A stretch of 20,000 nt of DNA from Peribolospora baueri. Lineage: Eukaryota. The stretch covers positions 172,400-192,399 of the forward strand of contig JAMDHS010000040.1 in NCBI GenBank assembly GCA_029717555.1, given 5' to 3'. Positions 1-10,204 of the stretch are shown here, piece by piece (the stretch's first letter is position 1; each line of letters begins with the position of its first letter). The notes beneath the pieces were generated by a model. It saw only the letters and a program-made list of their open reading frames with translations. It searched no databases and was not told where the DNA came from. The position numbers and the translations under genes were made by a program.

Positions 1-107
1 ACACATGTAGAAAAAAATGCGAGGGTCCATGTGCGGCATAGCTCCGGGATTTGCGTGGGCAAAAAAAGTGCGACAGGTAGCGCCGCCCACAGAAGGCGCA
101 GTGCGAG

Positions 108-114
108 AAAAAAA
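108..114 (-). terminator. RNA Pol III oligo-T terminator of the tRNA
   Basis: T7 run on the minus strand, 3 nt downstream of the tRNA 3' end. Confidence 0.8.
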
Positions 115-117
115 GAG

Positions 118-210
118 TGGAGAAGCTGGAAGTCGAATCCAGGACCTCGTGCACACACCTTAGTAAGTTGCATGCTAAGCACGCGCTCTAACCAACTGAG
201 CTACATCCCC
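118..210 (-). tRNA. tRNA-Ala(AGC) with 19-nt intron at canonical 37/38 position (intron 154-172)
   Basis: Minus strand folds as GGGGATG-TA-GCTC-AGTTGGTTA-GAGC-G-CGTGC-TT AGC A-[TGCAACTTACTAAGGTGTG]-T-GCACG-AGGTC-CTGGA-TTCGACT-TCCAG-CTTCTCC-A. It has the G3:U70 Ala identity pair, an A73 discriminator, intact A/B boxes and a 74-nt mature length. Confidence 0.95.
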
Positions 211-544
211 ATAGAAGGACGAAAGACTCGCCGGCGGGCAGTACATAGGCCTCCTAAGCCTTGTTGCATTTTCGTATTCGTTTCGTTTTGGGAAGCGCTC
301 GGCATGCCCTTGTTCGGCTGTTAGCTTTAACCGGCGGCCCGGAGTCCGGACGACCGACGTGAGACGGGAGGGGAGGCACATACGCCAACCATACGTTCGT
401 CTGCACGTGTGTGTCGCGCGGTGTCTCGCTTAGCAGTGAAGGCGTGAGAGAGGGCTCGCTGGCCAACCTTGGTTCACGCTCCGAGCGGTGCTAGGTCGCA
501 CAGCGGTCGTCGTCCCGGCTGCGCTTTCTCGTATTCGCCGATGC

Positions 545-572
545 GGACGGACGAACGAACGAACGAACGAAC
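545..572. repeat. (GGAC)/(GAAC)n tetranucleotide microsatellite
   Basis: ggacggacgaacgaacgaacgaacgaac. Confidence 0.85.
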
Positions 573-2273
573 GGGCCTGTGAACAGATCCGCCAGTACAC
601 AACTACACATGCGCGAAGGAACCGACGGGGCAAAGGAAAGGAAAGAAAAGAAAGCGGCGAGGAAGGCGCATCCCCCTCAGCGCGGCTGGCCTTGCCTCGC
701 TCAGACTCGGAAGGAAGAACGGTCGAGGCGAGGTGGGTTGGGGTGGGCACGTTGAGACGATCCGACCCGACGGAGGTTAGAAGACGATATCCCATCGACA
801 ACCACAGCAATTAGCGGGCGGGAGGGCGGCGTTTTAAAAGAGTCCGTTCGTAGGATTAATGGTCATGACGCCCTCGAATCCTGCGAGTAGAGCGCCCTTG
901 CGTAAAACGTCCGAAGCGATGCTCTGACGGACGGGACTGACGACGTCACAGATCGAACGAGCACATATACATCCTAACTTGGCCAACCGGAGACTGGATC
1001 GCTGAAGACATTGGCTTACCATGCTCCGGACATTGACTTAACCATTCTCCAGATATGACTTAGCTGGACGCACGCGCACCTCGACCGATCGACCACACGG
1101 CCGGTTCTCTTTCTCCTGCGTTCGCCACTCGCAGCCATTGCATCCGTCTCTGGCGCTGCTTTCACCGTCTCGCTGGCCCGTCTGCTCGCGCTCGCTGATC
1201 TCTGATCTACGTCCTATCATCGAGATCCCGGCTTGCGCTCACGCCACGCATGATTTGCACCGTCTAGGCCTCACTCGGCTCGGCTAGCAGCTTCGCCGGG
1301 CCAATTTGACCAGCGGCACACACCGCCCGCACGCGAGATCCATGCTAAGTGCCCGCTAACAGCCCGACTTGGTGGATGGATGGAAGGATGGATGGATAGC
1401 GAAAGGAGGGTGCTCAACGTACAGGGCGCTGATGGGATAGTTACCTACTTAATTTCTTTATGACTAGCTTCCTCGGGTAGCGACGCCTGGGAACGTCTCG
1501 CAAGCGAAGCGAGCCTGCACTGCCTGCTCGCTCGATTGCCCGCAAAGGGAAACCCGGCGGCGCTCGCTCATGTGCAAGTCGCACGTCTCTTCCCACCCAG
1601 ACAGAACCGGGGAGAGGGCGGGACAGAGAGGAGAGGGAGGCGCAGCGCAGAAACCAACACAAGGCGCCGCCCTGTGTCGAGGAGACCCCACAGACTGACC
1701 GCTATTCCTCGTCTTTCGTAACTCGCTGCCGGTCACTGCAGACCGGTCAGACCGAGGTGTCGGGTCCATGTTTGCGTAGACGCACATACGGTAGTGTAGT
1801 GTCATGTCTCAGCGCGCGTTTGGGATGGGACTGACTGCCCAGTCTAGAGTTGGCGGGGAAGGGAGACGGAACGTCGATGCTGCTTCCGCTTTCTTCTTCC
1901 TCTCCTTCCTTCTTTTCCAGACTCGAGATCGTCACTTGTCTAATTCCGAGTCGCCCGCCTCGCTGTCTCTCGTCCGGGCTCGTATATAGTCAACCACCCA
2001 GGCCATTCCATGCGCCTCGCACCCGGCCACCCGCTGACCGCCCGCAGATGCTTCCCAGGTCTCCTCCTCATCTTGCTTAGCTTCCTCAGTACCGCCTTTT
2101 TTTTTTGTCTTCTAACCCGCGGGTCGACGACCAGCGAGTGATCCACCACGTCGCTCCAGGTCGCCCGTCCAGCCGCTCTCCGTCCTTTTCCAAACGACGC
2201 AAGGGCAGCGCGGCCTCCTGGTCTTTCTTCGCCACGAAGCCTACATCGTTCAGGAGCGGCGCAGGGAGGCAAG

Positions 2274-4819
2274 ATGGCAGCCAGCGTCGAGGAGTGGGCC
2301 GCGCCGAGGGACTTGCCCAGCAAGGGCACCCCGTTCTTGTACATTCCCTCTCCAGTCATGCAGCATGATCTTCTCGTGAGTATAGGATCTCGTTCGGAAA
2401 TGGGCCCGCACAGGCTTCCTTGTCGGCGCCCGACCGCCTTCGAAGCAAGCGCGGCGAAGGACGCGCACGGTTCTGACCAGATTCGCTCTCTCGCTTGGGC
2501 CGTGACCGCTTCGCTTTCTCTTTCTCGGGACCAGGCTAGGTGAGCCACGACGTTCTCGTCTTGCTTCCCCGCCGCCGCTGAGTGCGCCGATCGACCTTGG
2601 CTAAGGACGGTGCCGTCTTATCGTCGTCGTCCCCGGCCCCCAGCATGCTTGTTTACGCTGTGAGGATCCCACTGGCCCACACGTCCTCGGACCCCTTCCT
2701 CTCCTCCCGTGGTGCTGACATCAGCGCTTCTCTCTCCTCCTTCTTCCGTCACAACTCGGCGATCCTCGTACGTAGGCAGCGGCGGGCATGGTCGGCGTGG
2801 AGCTGCTGGGCAGCCTGCAATTCGACATCAAGCTCTTCCTAAGACCAGGCTGGCGCGTGCCCTCCAAGGTCGCCAGCCGGTCCGCCTACCTCATCTCTCG
2901 GTACGCCGCGTTCACGTTCGCCTTGCTCGTTGTCCTCTTTGAAAGTGAGCCGGTCGTCTCGACCTTCTCCCCCTTCTCCGCCTCAGGTTCGCTCGCACTC
3001 GTCGCTCATCGCCCGAACGGCATCGCTCTGCCCCTTTTCCTTTTCCCCACAGCCTATCCGGGCATCGACTGTGACGTCCTGCCCAAGGTTTTCGACGCCA
3101 TGGTGATCATAAGCCACATTTGCACCACCTTTGTCTTCGCCATCCGCTGCGTCGCCATCTGTCGGTCCTCGATGTGAGTGGGAGGAAGAGCAAAGCAGCG
3201 ACAGTGCCATTCCTCTGAACTGATGGAGGAAAACCCATCCGACTTGCTCTTCTTCGTCTACGTCCCCAGCTGGGTGCAATGCTTCGTCTTCTTCATGTTC
3301 CTCTACACCTCCGGCTGGGCCATCTCGTTGTGCCTCATCCCACGCGGCATCAACCTTCCCGGCTCGCCTTTCTGCCTCTACCTCACCAAAGGCCCGACCG
3401 TGGTCGTGCCGCTCGGCTGGCTCGTGCGTTCCACCATCCACCCATTTCTCGACTCCGTTCGTCGTGGTCCCTTATTCCTTCCGCGTTTCATCACTGACGT
3501 TATGTTCGGCCGCCCGGCGTTCCGCCTCTCCCGCCTTCTTTTCTCCGATGCCGAAATCTGTTCTGACGCACCCAGTCGTCCACGATCGCCTTTGACACCA
3601 CCACCTTTGTGCTCACCGCCAACAAGCTCGGGGCGCTAAGGCTGGTCTGGCGCGATCGCCTGAACCAAGGTCCCATGCTCACCAAGATGCTCTTCGAACA
3701 GGGTGAGGGAGCGCTCCTGACAGTTTCCGTCGTTGTTCCCCGCGGGTGAGCGGGCGAAAGAAGGGCGTCTGCAGACTGATGCGACTTGCTCCCTTTGCTT
3801 CCCCCCTTCCTCCCTTCCCTTCATCCCGGCCAAAGGCTTGCTCTACTTCATCGCTTCGCTGTGTTTGACGATCGGGAGTATGCTCATCTATACCCTCGGC
3901 CCGGACGATAACATTAAGGTGAGTGAAGAGAAGAGGAGGAAGCGTGGGGGCCTGGACCACAGCTGATGACGTTACCGTCTGCTCGACCATACGGCCACGG
4001 CGAAGGCAGTTCCTTGAAACGCCAATCTTGATCGGCGCGCAGAGCATGCTCGCTGGACGAGTATTCCGACTGACGTGGAAGCTGGTGGGCGGGTCGGGGG
4101 ACGTATACGGGTCGAGCAAGAACAAGGTGTCGTCGCAGTCTCGCCTCCGCCTTCCCCATCATCACTCTTTCTCGGGCCTCGGAAGTCTGGGAAGCCCGAC
4201 GTCGGGGATGATGTCTAGGAAACAGCAGGGCGCGTGGGGTCCGTTGGAGGGCGAAGGGAAGCAGGGCATGGACGACGTCGAGCTTGGGAACATGACGATG
4301 ACGGCGACCATCGACCCCGATCACGGCGGTCACGACGAAGGCGGGAGCAATGGCGGTGGTGTCGACGGCGGCGGCGTCTCGAACAGCACCTACGTCGCCG
4401 CGGTCGGCGACTACGGCGCGGACGCCGGGGTGACGTTCCCGCGTCGGGCGGCGTCTCGGGGCGGCGAGGAACGACGACGAAAGGGAGGAGGAGGAGGCGG
4501 GCGGCGGTCGACGCCGGGGGTGAGGGCGGAAGCGTCGAGCCCGGGACTGGTGATCATGTCGACGACGCAACGGGAGGTCACCGACGCCGAGGGGCGCCTT
4601 GTCACCTGGGGCGACGGGACGAGCGCGACGGAGGAGCCTCTGATCCGGTCGGACATGAGCGATGACGGCCATCGTCGCCACCTCACCGCCGACTTGCACG
4701 CGCATTACGCCGGCGGCGACGGGAACGGTGACGGCGACGGCGGCGGCAGCGGCGCAGAGAGTCGGTCGGTCCTCTCGTCGGTGCCGTCGATCCAGGACCA
4801 TCCCTTCCGGGGGCGATGA
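2274..4819 (+). CDS. Fungal multi-pass (about 7 TM) membrane protein, DUF6533-like, ~528 aa; exons 2274-2375, 2535-2539, 2644-2659, 2776-2944, 3053-3173, 3270-3423, 3576-3702, 3836-3918, 4010-4819
   Basis: GT..AG introns splice to a continuous 1587-nt frame. Hydrophobic segments carry motifs typical of basidiomycete DUF6533-type proteins: YLISRY, FAIRCVAI, AFDTTTFVLT, LFEQGLLYF, QSMLAGRVF. A long G/D/S-rich C-tail follows. Family assignment is from recalled motifs, not an HMM search. Confidence 0.75.
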
Positions 4820-6410
4820 AATATCAACACGACACGCTCTGCTCTAGCCTTGCGGGCCTCTTCATTTCGTCTCTTTCCTTTTTTCCCTTACTATGCCTTG
4901 CTTTCATTTTCCTTTCCGTCCTGCCTTGCCTCGCTTGGGCGCATTTGGCGTTGTCTCGCGCCGCCGGCCGGCCGCCCACCCGCCGTTATTTATTACCTTG
5001 CCCATTTTACCCTACCCACCGGCCTTTTTCGCTCGGCCCATTCGTCAACGTACGCGCGTGCCGGCCTGTATCTTATCATAGAAAAACGGATAAAAGAAAA
5101 CCGATGTCGGATCCGATCGACCCAAGGGAAGGGACGGACGTGGCTGGTTGGCCACTTGGGACGACGGACGGATGGAGGATGGGATGGGGGTGAACCTGGG
5201 AAAACAAACGCTGGCCGGCGTTTTTCGAGGTCGGTCGGTTCCATGTGAATATGGATTGGGTTCGTCTTTGTCGTTTGTCCGATGCGTCGGCAGCATCATC
5301 ATCATCATCGTTGTCGTCACTGGACGCCCCAGCAGCGCCCGCCCAGCGCCATCGCATCGTAGCACCATCGATCAAAAACGAAAACGTGTGCGATCGAATT
5401 CGGAGTGTCGTCATCCCATCCATCCAACCATCTTATCATCCATCCATCCTCCGTCCTTCCTTTCTTTCGCTGTCCATTTTCACGCGACGCTTTTGCAACG
5501 CCGCAGTTTTTTATTATTTTTATTTTTATTTTGCGCTGTCGGCGGCAGGCGGCCTTCGGCTCCGACCGAGGCCGATCGGACGCTTGAGGGAGCGAGCGAG
5601 TGAGCGAGGACGGTGGGGACGGATGTGACGTAAACGGCGACGAGGGAAGAGGGCGACGGGCTCGCAGTTGGTCCGCCGGCCAGCCGCAGTGCCCCAAGCC
5701 ATCCATGTCATCCATGTCATCCACCCATCATCCATCCACCCAGCATCGAAATGAAGAACGCCACACGATGGGTGTCACCATCGCTCGCGGCCGTGATCGT
5801 GATATGATCGGTCGGAGGACGTCGGTCGAGCTTGGGCCGGAACGACGGGTCGTGTGAGTGGCCGCAGCAGTTGCCGCAGCAGGGCGTGGCGAGCGAGAGC
5901 GACTTGTTGGGGAAGTGACACCAGCGGCTTTGTTTTTGCTGCGTCGATACAACGACGTCCCGGTCGGGGCGATGAGACAGACGACGACGAGCGGCGGTCG
6001 GCGGGGCAGCGGATGGGGACGAATGCTGGGGCGTGCGTGGAAGAGACAGAAAGACAACCAGCTCGAGACATGATAAACGGAGGAGGGGCGAAAGCGAGAA
6101 CGAGAGTCGTCGTCGTCACTCACCGACCCATTTCTTCGTCTTCCTCCACCACCAACCACCGCTTCTTCTCGCCTTAGCCCGGCCTCACGTTCATCCCAGC
6201 CTTCTTCTTTCCACCACCCTCGTTTCGGCGCCCCCGGTCCGCCTCCCCACGTTCTCGCCGCACTTACTTATATCAACCCCAGCCCCTCCCCGCCGTCTTC
6301 CTTTCCTCCATCTCCGTTCGCCACTCACCTTCTCATTCCTCCTCCCTTCTTCTCTTCCCTTCTTCTCCCTCTCGAACGATCTTCCTTCCACATCTCCCCG
6401 TCGCCCGGCC

Positions 6411-8210
6411 ATGAGCCTCGACGCCGACGCCACCTTGCGCGGGCGTCTCCCGCACGCCTCTCTCGACGACTCGGACTCGGCCTCGCCCGTCGTCGTCGAG
6501 GCCAAGGGCCACCCGCTGGGCGCCGCCAAGGTCTCCGCCACCGCCACCGCCACCGCGCGCCCCTCCAAGCCCGCCCGCTTCGCCCAGGCCGAGCCCGTGG
6601 ACGCGGACATTGAGGACGACTACGTGACCCGCACGCTCGCCTCTCAGAAGGCGCTCCCGCCCGTGACGTGGAGCAACTTCCTGTCCGAGGTTAACTGGCT
6701 CTCCACCATCATCCTCACCGTCACCCCGCTCCTCTCCATCTACGGCCTCTTCACCACCAAGCTCCAGGCCAAGACGTTCTGGTTCGCCATCTTTTGGTAC
6801 TACGTCACCGGTCTCGGCATCACCGCCGGCTACCACCGTCTTTGGGCCCACCGTTCCTACACCGCCTCCAAGCCTCTCCAGTACGCCCTCGCTCTCGCCG
6901 GCGCTGGTGCCGTTCAGGGCTCCATCAGATGGTGGTCCCGCGGCCACCGCGCCCATCACCGCTACACCGACACCGACCTCGACCCCTACAGCGCCCACAG
7001 GGGTCTCGTCTGGTCCCACATCGGCTGGATGGTCATCAAGCCCCGCCGCAAGCCCGGCGTGGCCGACGTGTCGGACCTGACGAACAACGCCGTCGTCCGG
7101 TGGCAGCACGAGAACTACCTCGCCCTCCTCCTCCTCATGGGTCTCGCCGTGCCCACCCTCATCCCCGGCCTTTTCTGGGGTGACTGGACCGGCGGCTTCT
7201 TCTTCGCCGGCGCCGCCCGCCTCTGCTTCGTCCACCACTCTACTTTTTGCGTCAACTCGCTCGCCCACTGGCTCGGCGAGGCCAGCTTCGACAACAAGAT
7301 CTCCCCGCGCGACCACGTCATCACCGCGCTCGTGACCATTGGCGAGGGCTACCACAACTTCCACCACCAGTTCCCAATGGACTACCGCAACGCCATCAAG
7401 TGGTTCCAGTACGACCCCACCAAGTGGTTCATCGCCACCATGAAATACCTCGGCCTTGCCTCCCACCTCAAGGTCTTCCCCGACAACGAGGTGAAGAAGG
7501 GACAGCTGACGATGCAGCTCAAGAGGCTCCACGAGATGAAGCAGACCATCGAGTGGCCCAAGAGCTCGAACCACCTGCCCGTCGTCTCCTGGGACGACTT
7601 CCAGGAGGAGTCCAAGACCCGCCCCCTCATCGTCGTCCATGGCTTTGTGCACGACGTGAGCTCCTTCCTCGACGAGCACCCCGGCGGCCGCCACCTGCTC
7701 ATGAACAAGATCGGCAAAGACGCCACGACAGCCTTCCTCGGCGGCGTGTACGACCACTCCAACGCGGCCCACAACCTGCTCGCCATGATGCGCGTCGGCG
7801 TCCTCGACGGCGGCTACGAGCTCGAGGCCAACAAGCCCCAGTACCGCGCCGCCGCCGCCGCTGCGCACGCCGGCCGCTCCGGGTCGGCCTCGGACGCGAC
7901 GAACCCGGGCGTGACGACGTCTTCGGACGAGAGCGACGACTTTACCTCGTCCGGCCCTCCGACTCCTCTCTCTTCTCGGTCCGAGGAGAACCTCGTCCTC
8001 CCCGCCGCCGTGTCCGCCAAGGCGCCCACCTCGTCGTCCTCCGACTCTGCCTCGGCCTCGGAAGATGTGGTCATCCTCACCGACGGACGACGGATCGCGC
8101 CGTCGGCGGCCAAGTACCTACCCCCGAGCCAGATCCTTGACATTGTTTCCCGCGGCGAGTTGACGGAGAACGCGAGGGCAAGGAGGGGCAAGCTTGGCAA
8201 GTTGCTCTGA
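6411..8210 (+). CDS. OLE1: Acyl-CoA delta-9 fatty acid desaturase with C-terminal cytochrome b5 domain, 599 aa, intronless
   Basis: Three His boxes (HRLWAH, HRAHH, HNFHH), GITAGYH, TM segments, and b5 heme motifs HPGG and GGVYDHS. Strong C-ending codon bias starts at GCC ATG 6411. The upstream extension in the ORF track is pyrimidine-rich UTR/promoter. Confidence 0.97.
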   Translation: MSLDADATLRGRLPHASLDDSDSASPVVVEAKGHPLGAAKVSATATATARPSKPARFAQAEPVDADIEDDYVTRTLASQKALPPVTWSNFLSEVNWLSTIILTVTPLLSIYGLFTTKLQAKTFWFAIFWYYVTGLGITAGYHRLWAHRSYTASKPLQYALALAGAGAVQGSIRWWSRGHRAHHRYTDTDLDPYSAHRGLVWSHIGWMVIKPRRKPGVADVSDLTNNAVVRWQHENYLALLLLMGLAVPTLIPGLFWGDWTGGFFFAGAARLCFVHHSTFCVNSLAHWLGEASFDNKISPRDHVITALVTIGEGYHNFHHQFPMDYRNAIKWFQYDPTKWFIATMKYLGLASHLKVFPDNEVKKGQLTMQLKRLHEMKQTIEWPKSSNHLPVVSWDDFQEESKTRPLIVVHGFVHDVSSFLDEHPGGRHLLMNKIGKDATTAFLGGVYDHSNAAHNLLAMMRVGVLDGGYELEANKPQYRAAAAAAHAGRSGSASDATNPGVTTSSDESDDFTSSGPPTPLSSRSEENLVLPAAVSAKAPTSSSSDSASASEDVVILTDGRRIAPSAAKYLPPSQILDIVSRGELTENARARRGKLGKLL

Positions 8211-9661
8211 TCCGGACAGAGAGGACGGACAGACGGCTGACGGGGCACGGGGTACGGTCCGGTGCGAGCGAGCATCATGTGTGACGCCCTTGCAACGACC
8301 TCTTTCGTCTTCCTCTCCTTCCTCTCCAACCAACCACCACTTTCTCATGTCCATTCGACGCCCTCCTCCCACGCGCAAACGAACATTGTTCTTTCCCTCT
8401 CCTCTCCTCCCTCTCCTCCTCTCCGTTCTCTGATTGCATCTGTGATATTAGCTCGTCCTTTGACCGCCAAGGTGATGATTGTGAAAAACTGACGATCGAT
8501 CATAATTTGCGACGCGACGCGACGACGACGACGACGGGACGGGATGTGGGAAGCGTTGGCCGTGCGTGGCCCGTGCGTGCGCGTGCGGTCGGTCGGTCAT
8601 TCGTTTCGGTCCGACGGGGAGTTAGTTGGGAGTGACTGAAAAGAAAAGACGAAAGCGTGTCGTCCCGCGAGGACGGAACGATGCCCAGGCAAGACACACC
8701 GACACTACGGGATAGATTGAGCGATCCGTCCGTCCGGACGGTCTGGCTCTCGATCCTTGTATTCTCCTCCCTCTTTTACTTTTCTTTTGTTTTCTTTCCA
8801 CGGCCGTCCACGTCCATGCCCGTGTCCATGTCGATCTGGCTGGGACGGGTGGGGTGGGCTAGGTGGGGGCTGGCCGGCTAGCCGTGCCACATGTGGGCTC
8901 GAGTTTGGAAAACCCGATCGTCCGACCGACCGAACGGATGGACGGACGGACGGATGGGGGCGGACGGAATGAGCTCAGGTCGCCTCGCCTCGGACCCGAT
9001 CGTGGGGAGGATCAGATGAGCTGGAGAAGGCTGTCTGTCTGTTCGTCTGATCTCATTCTCCTTCTCATCTTCACTAGCTTTCGCTCTCCCTGGTCGATAT
9101 CAACCTAGCTGAGTTGAGTGGCCGGCTGTGGCATCACGTGACGACCCTCACCGCCCATTCCCATTCCCATTCACATCGCATTCCCAGTTGTATTTTGTCT
9201 CTCCTCCGTGTTCGTGTGGGCGGGTTCGTCGTCGTCTGGTCTCACTCAGCTTGCTTGCTGGCTCGCATATCCTCCAAAGACTCCCCCCATCCCACTCCGA
9301 CCAGCGCCAGCCACGACGGACGGCCGGCCGGCTGTAGATCACGCGAGCCCCTTGTTTCTCCTTTTCTCTCCACCCTCTTTCTCCTTTGCCTCCGCTCGCC
9401 CTCGCCTCGGCCCACAGACAGGCAGGCGCGCTTTCCTTCCGTCCCTCCCCCGGTCTTTCTTCCTCGACGTCCCACACATCGTCGTCGTCCACCACATCGG
9501 CGGCCGAGCGAAAAGGAAGAAAGAAAGACGGAAAGAGAGAGAGAAAGAAAGGGAGGGGTGCGAAGAGGCAAGCGAAGAGAGACAGCCCTCGCTCGTCGGT
9601 CGGTCGGGGCGAGACCAGGTTGTCTTGTCTGTCATTTGCAAACCCATTTCCTTCGTTTTGG

Positions 9662-9689
9662 CTTTCTTTCTTTCTTTCTTTCTTTCTTT
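9662..9689. repeat. (CTTT)n microsatellite
   Basis: Seven tandem CTTT units. Confidence 0.9.
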
Positions 9690-9823
9690 GTCTTTCTCGC
9701 TGCCCCGCTCCGCTCCCACGGCCGCGCTTGCGTTAGCCCGAGATCGTCGTTGCAGCAACGCATCCCCGCCCGTCGACCACCGTTCGTCTCGTCTCTCTGC
9801 TCGCTCGTGCGACGCCGTCGTGT

Positions 9824-9899
9824 GGACGGACGGACGGATAGACAGGCAGACGGATAGACAGACGAACGAACGAACGAACGAACGAACGAACAACGAACA
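9824..9899. repeat. Compound tetranucleotide microsatellite (GGAC/GACA/GAAC)
   Basis: ggacggacggacggatagacaggcagacggatagacagacgaacgaacgaac... Confidence 0.85.
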
Positions 9900-10204
9900 A
9901 ACGGCCAAACGGACGAACGGCGGGCGCGGACGGACGAGAGGACCGGCTCATCTCCTTCGTCCACCTTCTCCCCCACGCCTTCGCTTCCGCCCTCCTTCCT
10001 CGGTTTCACCTTTGCCAGCAACCCGTTTCGCTTTCGGTCAACCCGCCCGACCACTTTACCCGCCGCCCCGCCGTCTATACGCATCCCACCACTCCGCCCC
10101 GAGCCCTTGCTTGCCATCGACGCCGAACAAAACCGGGTGCTCCCTGCCCCGGTCGTTCCCCCTCTTCCTCGACGACAACGCCACCACCACATCTGCAAGT
10201 CGCC

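Noticed and set aside
118..210. U6.U67 acceptor-stem mismatch suggesting a tRNA pseudogene; TACTAA in its intron resembling a branch point
   Set aside because: Single U.U pairs are tolerated and all other elements are intact. The intron motif is explained by the usual pairing with the anticodon loop.
960..1025. AGCACATATAC resembling the 5' part of U6 snRNA
   Set aside because: No ACAGAGA box, AGC triad/ISL or oligo-T terminator; a short chance match.
1341..1349. CATGCTAAG identical to the tRNA anticodon region (171-179)
   Set aside because: 9-bp match only, with no cloverleaf or A/B boxes.
6033..6410. 126-aa N-terminal extension of OLE1 in the ORF track
   Set aside because: Begins at a non-ATG codon and crosses CT-rich UTR-like sequence; coding bias starts at ATG 6411.
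6333..7868. 511-aa antisense ORF and other long overlapping ORFs on OLE1
   Set aside because: Shadow frames expected from strong GC3 bias; no independent motif or start context.
8500..10204. Long ORFs (247 aa, 361 aa) upstream of 10205
   Set aside because: Non-ATG starts, and the translations are dominated by microsatellite and CT-rich sequence.
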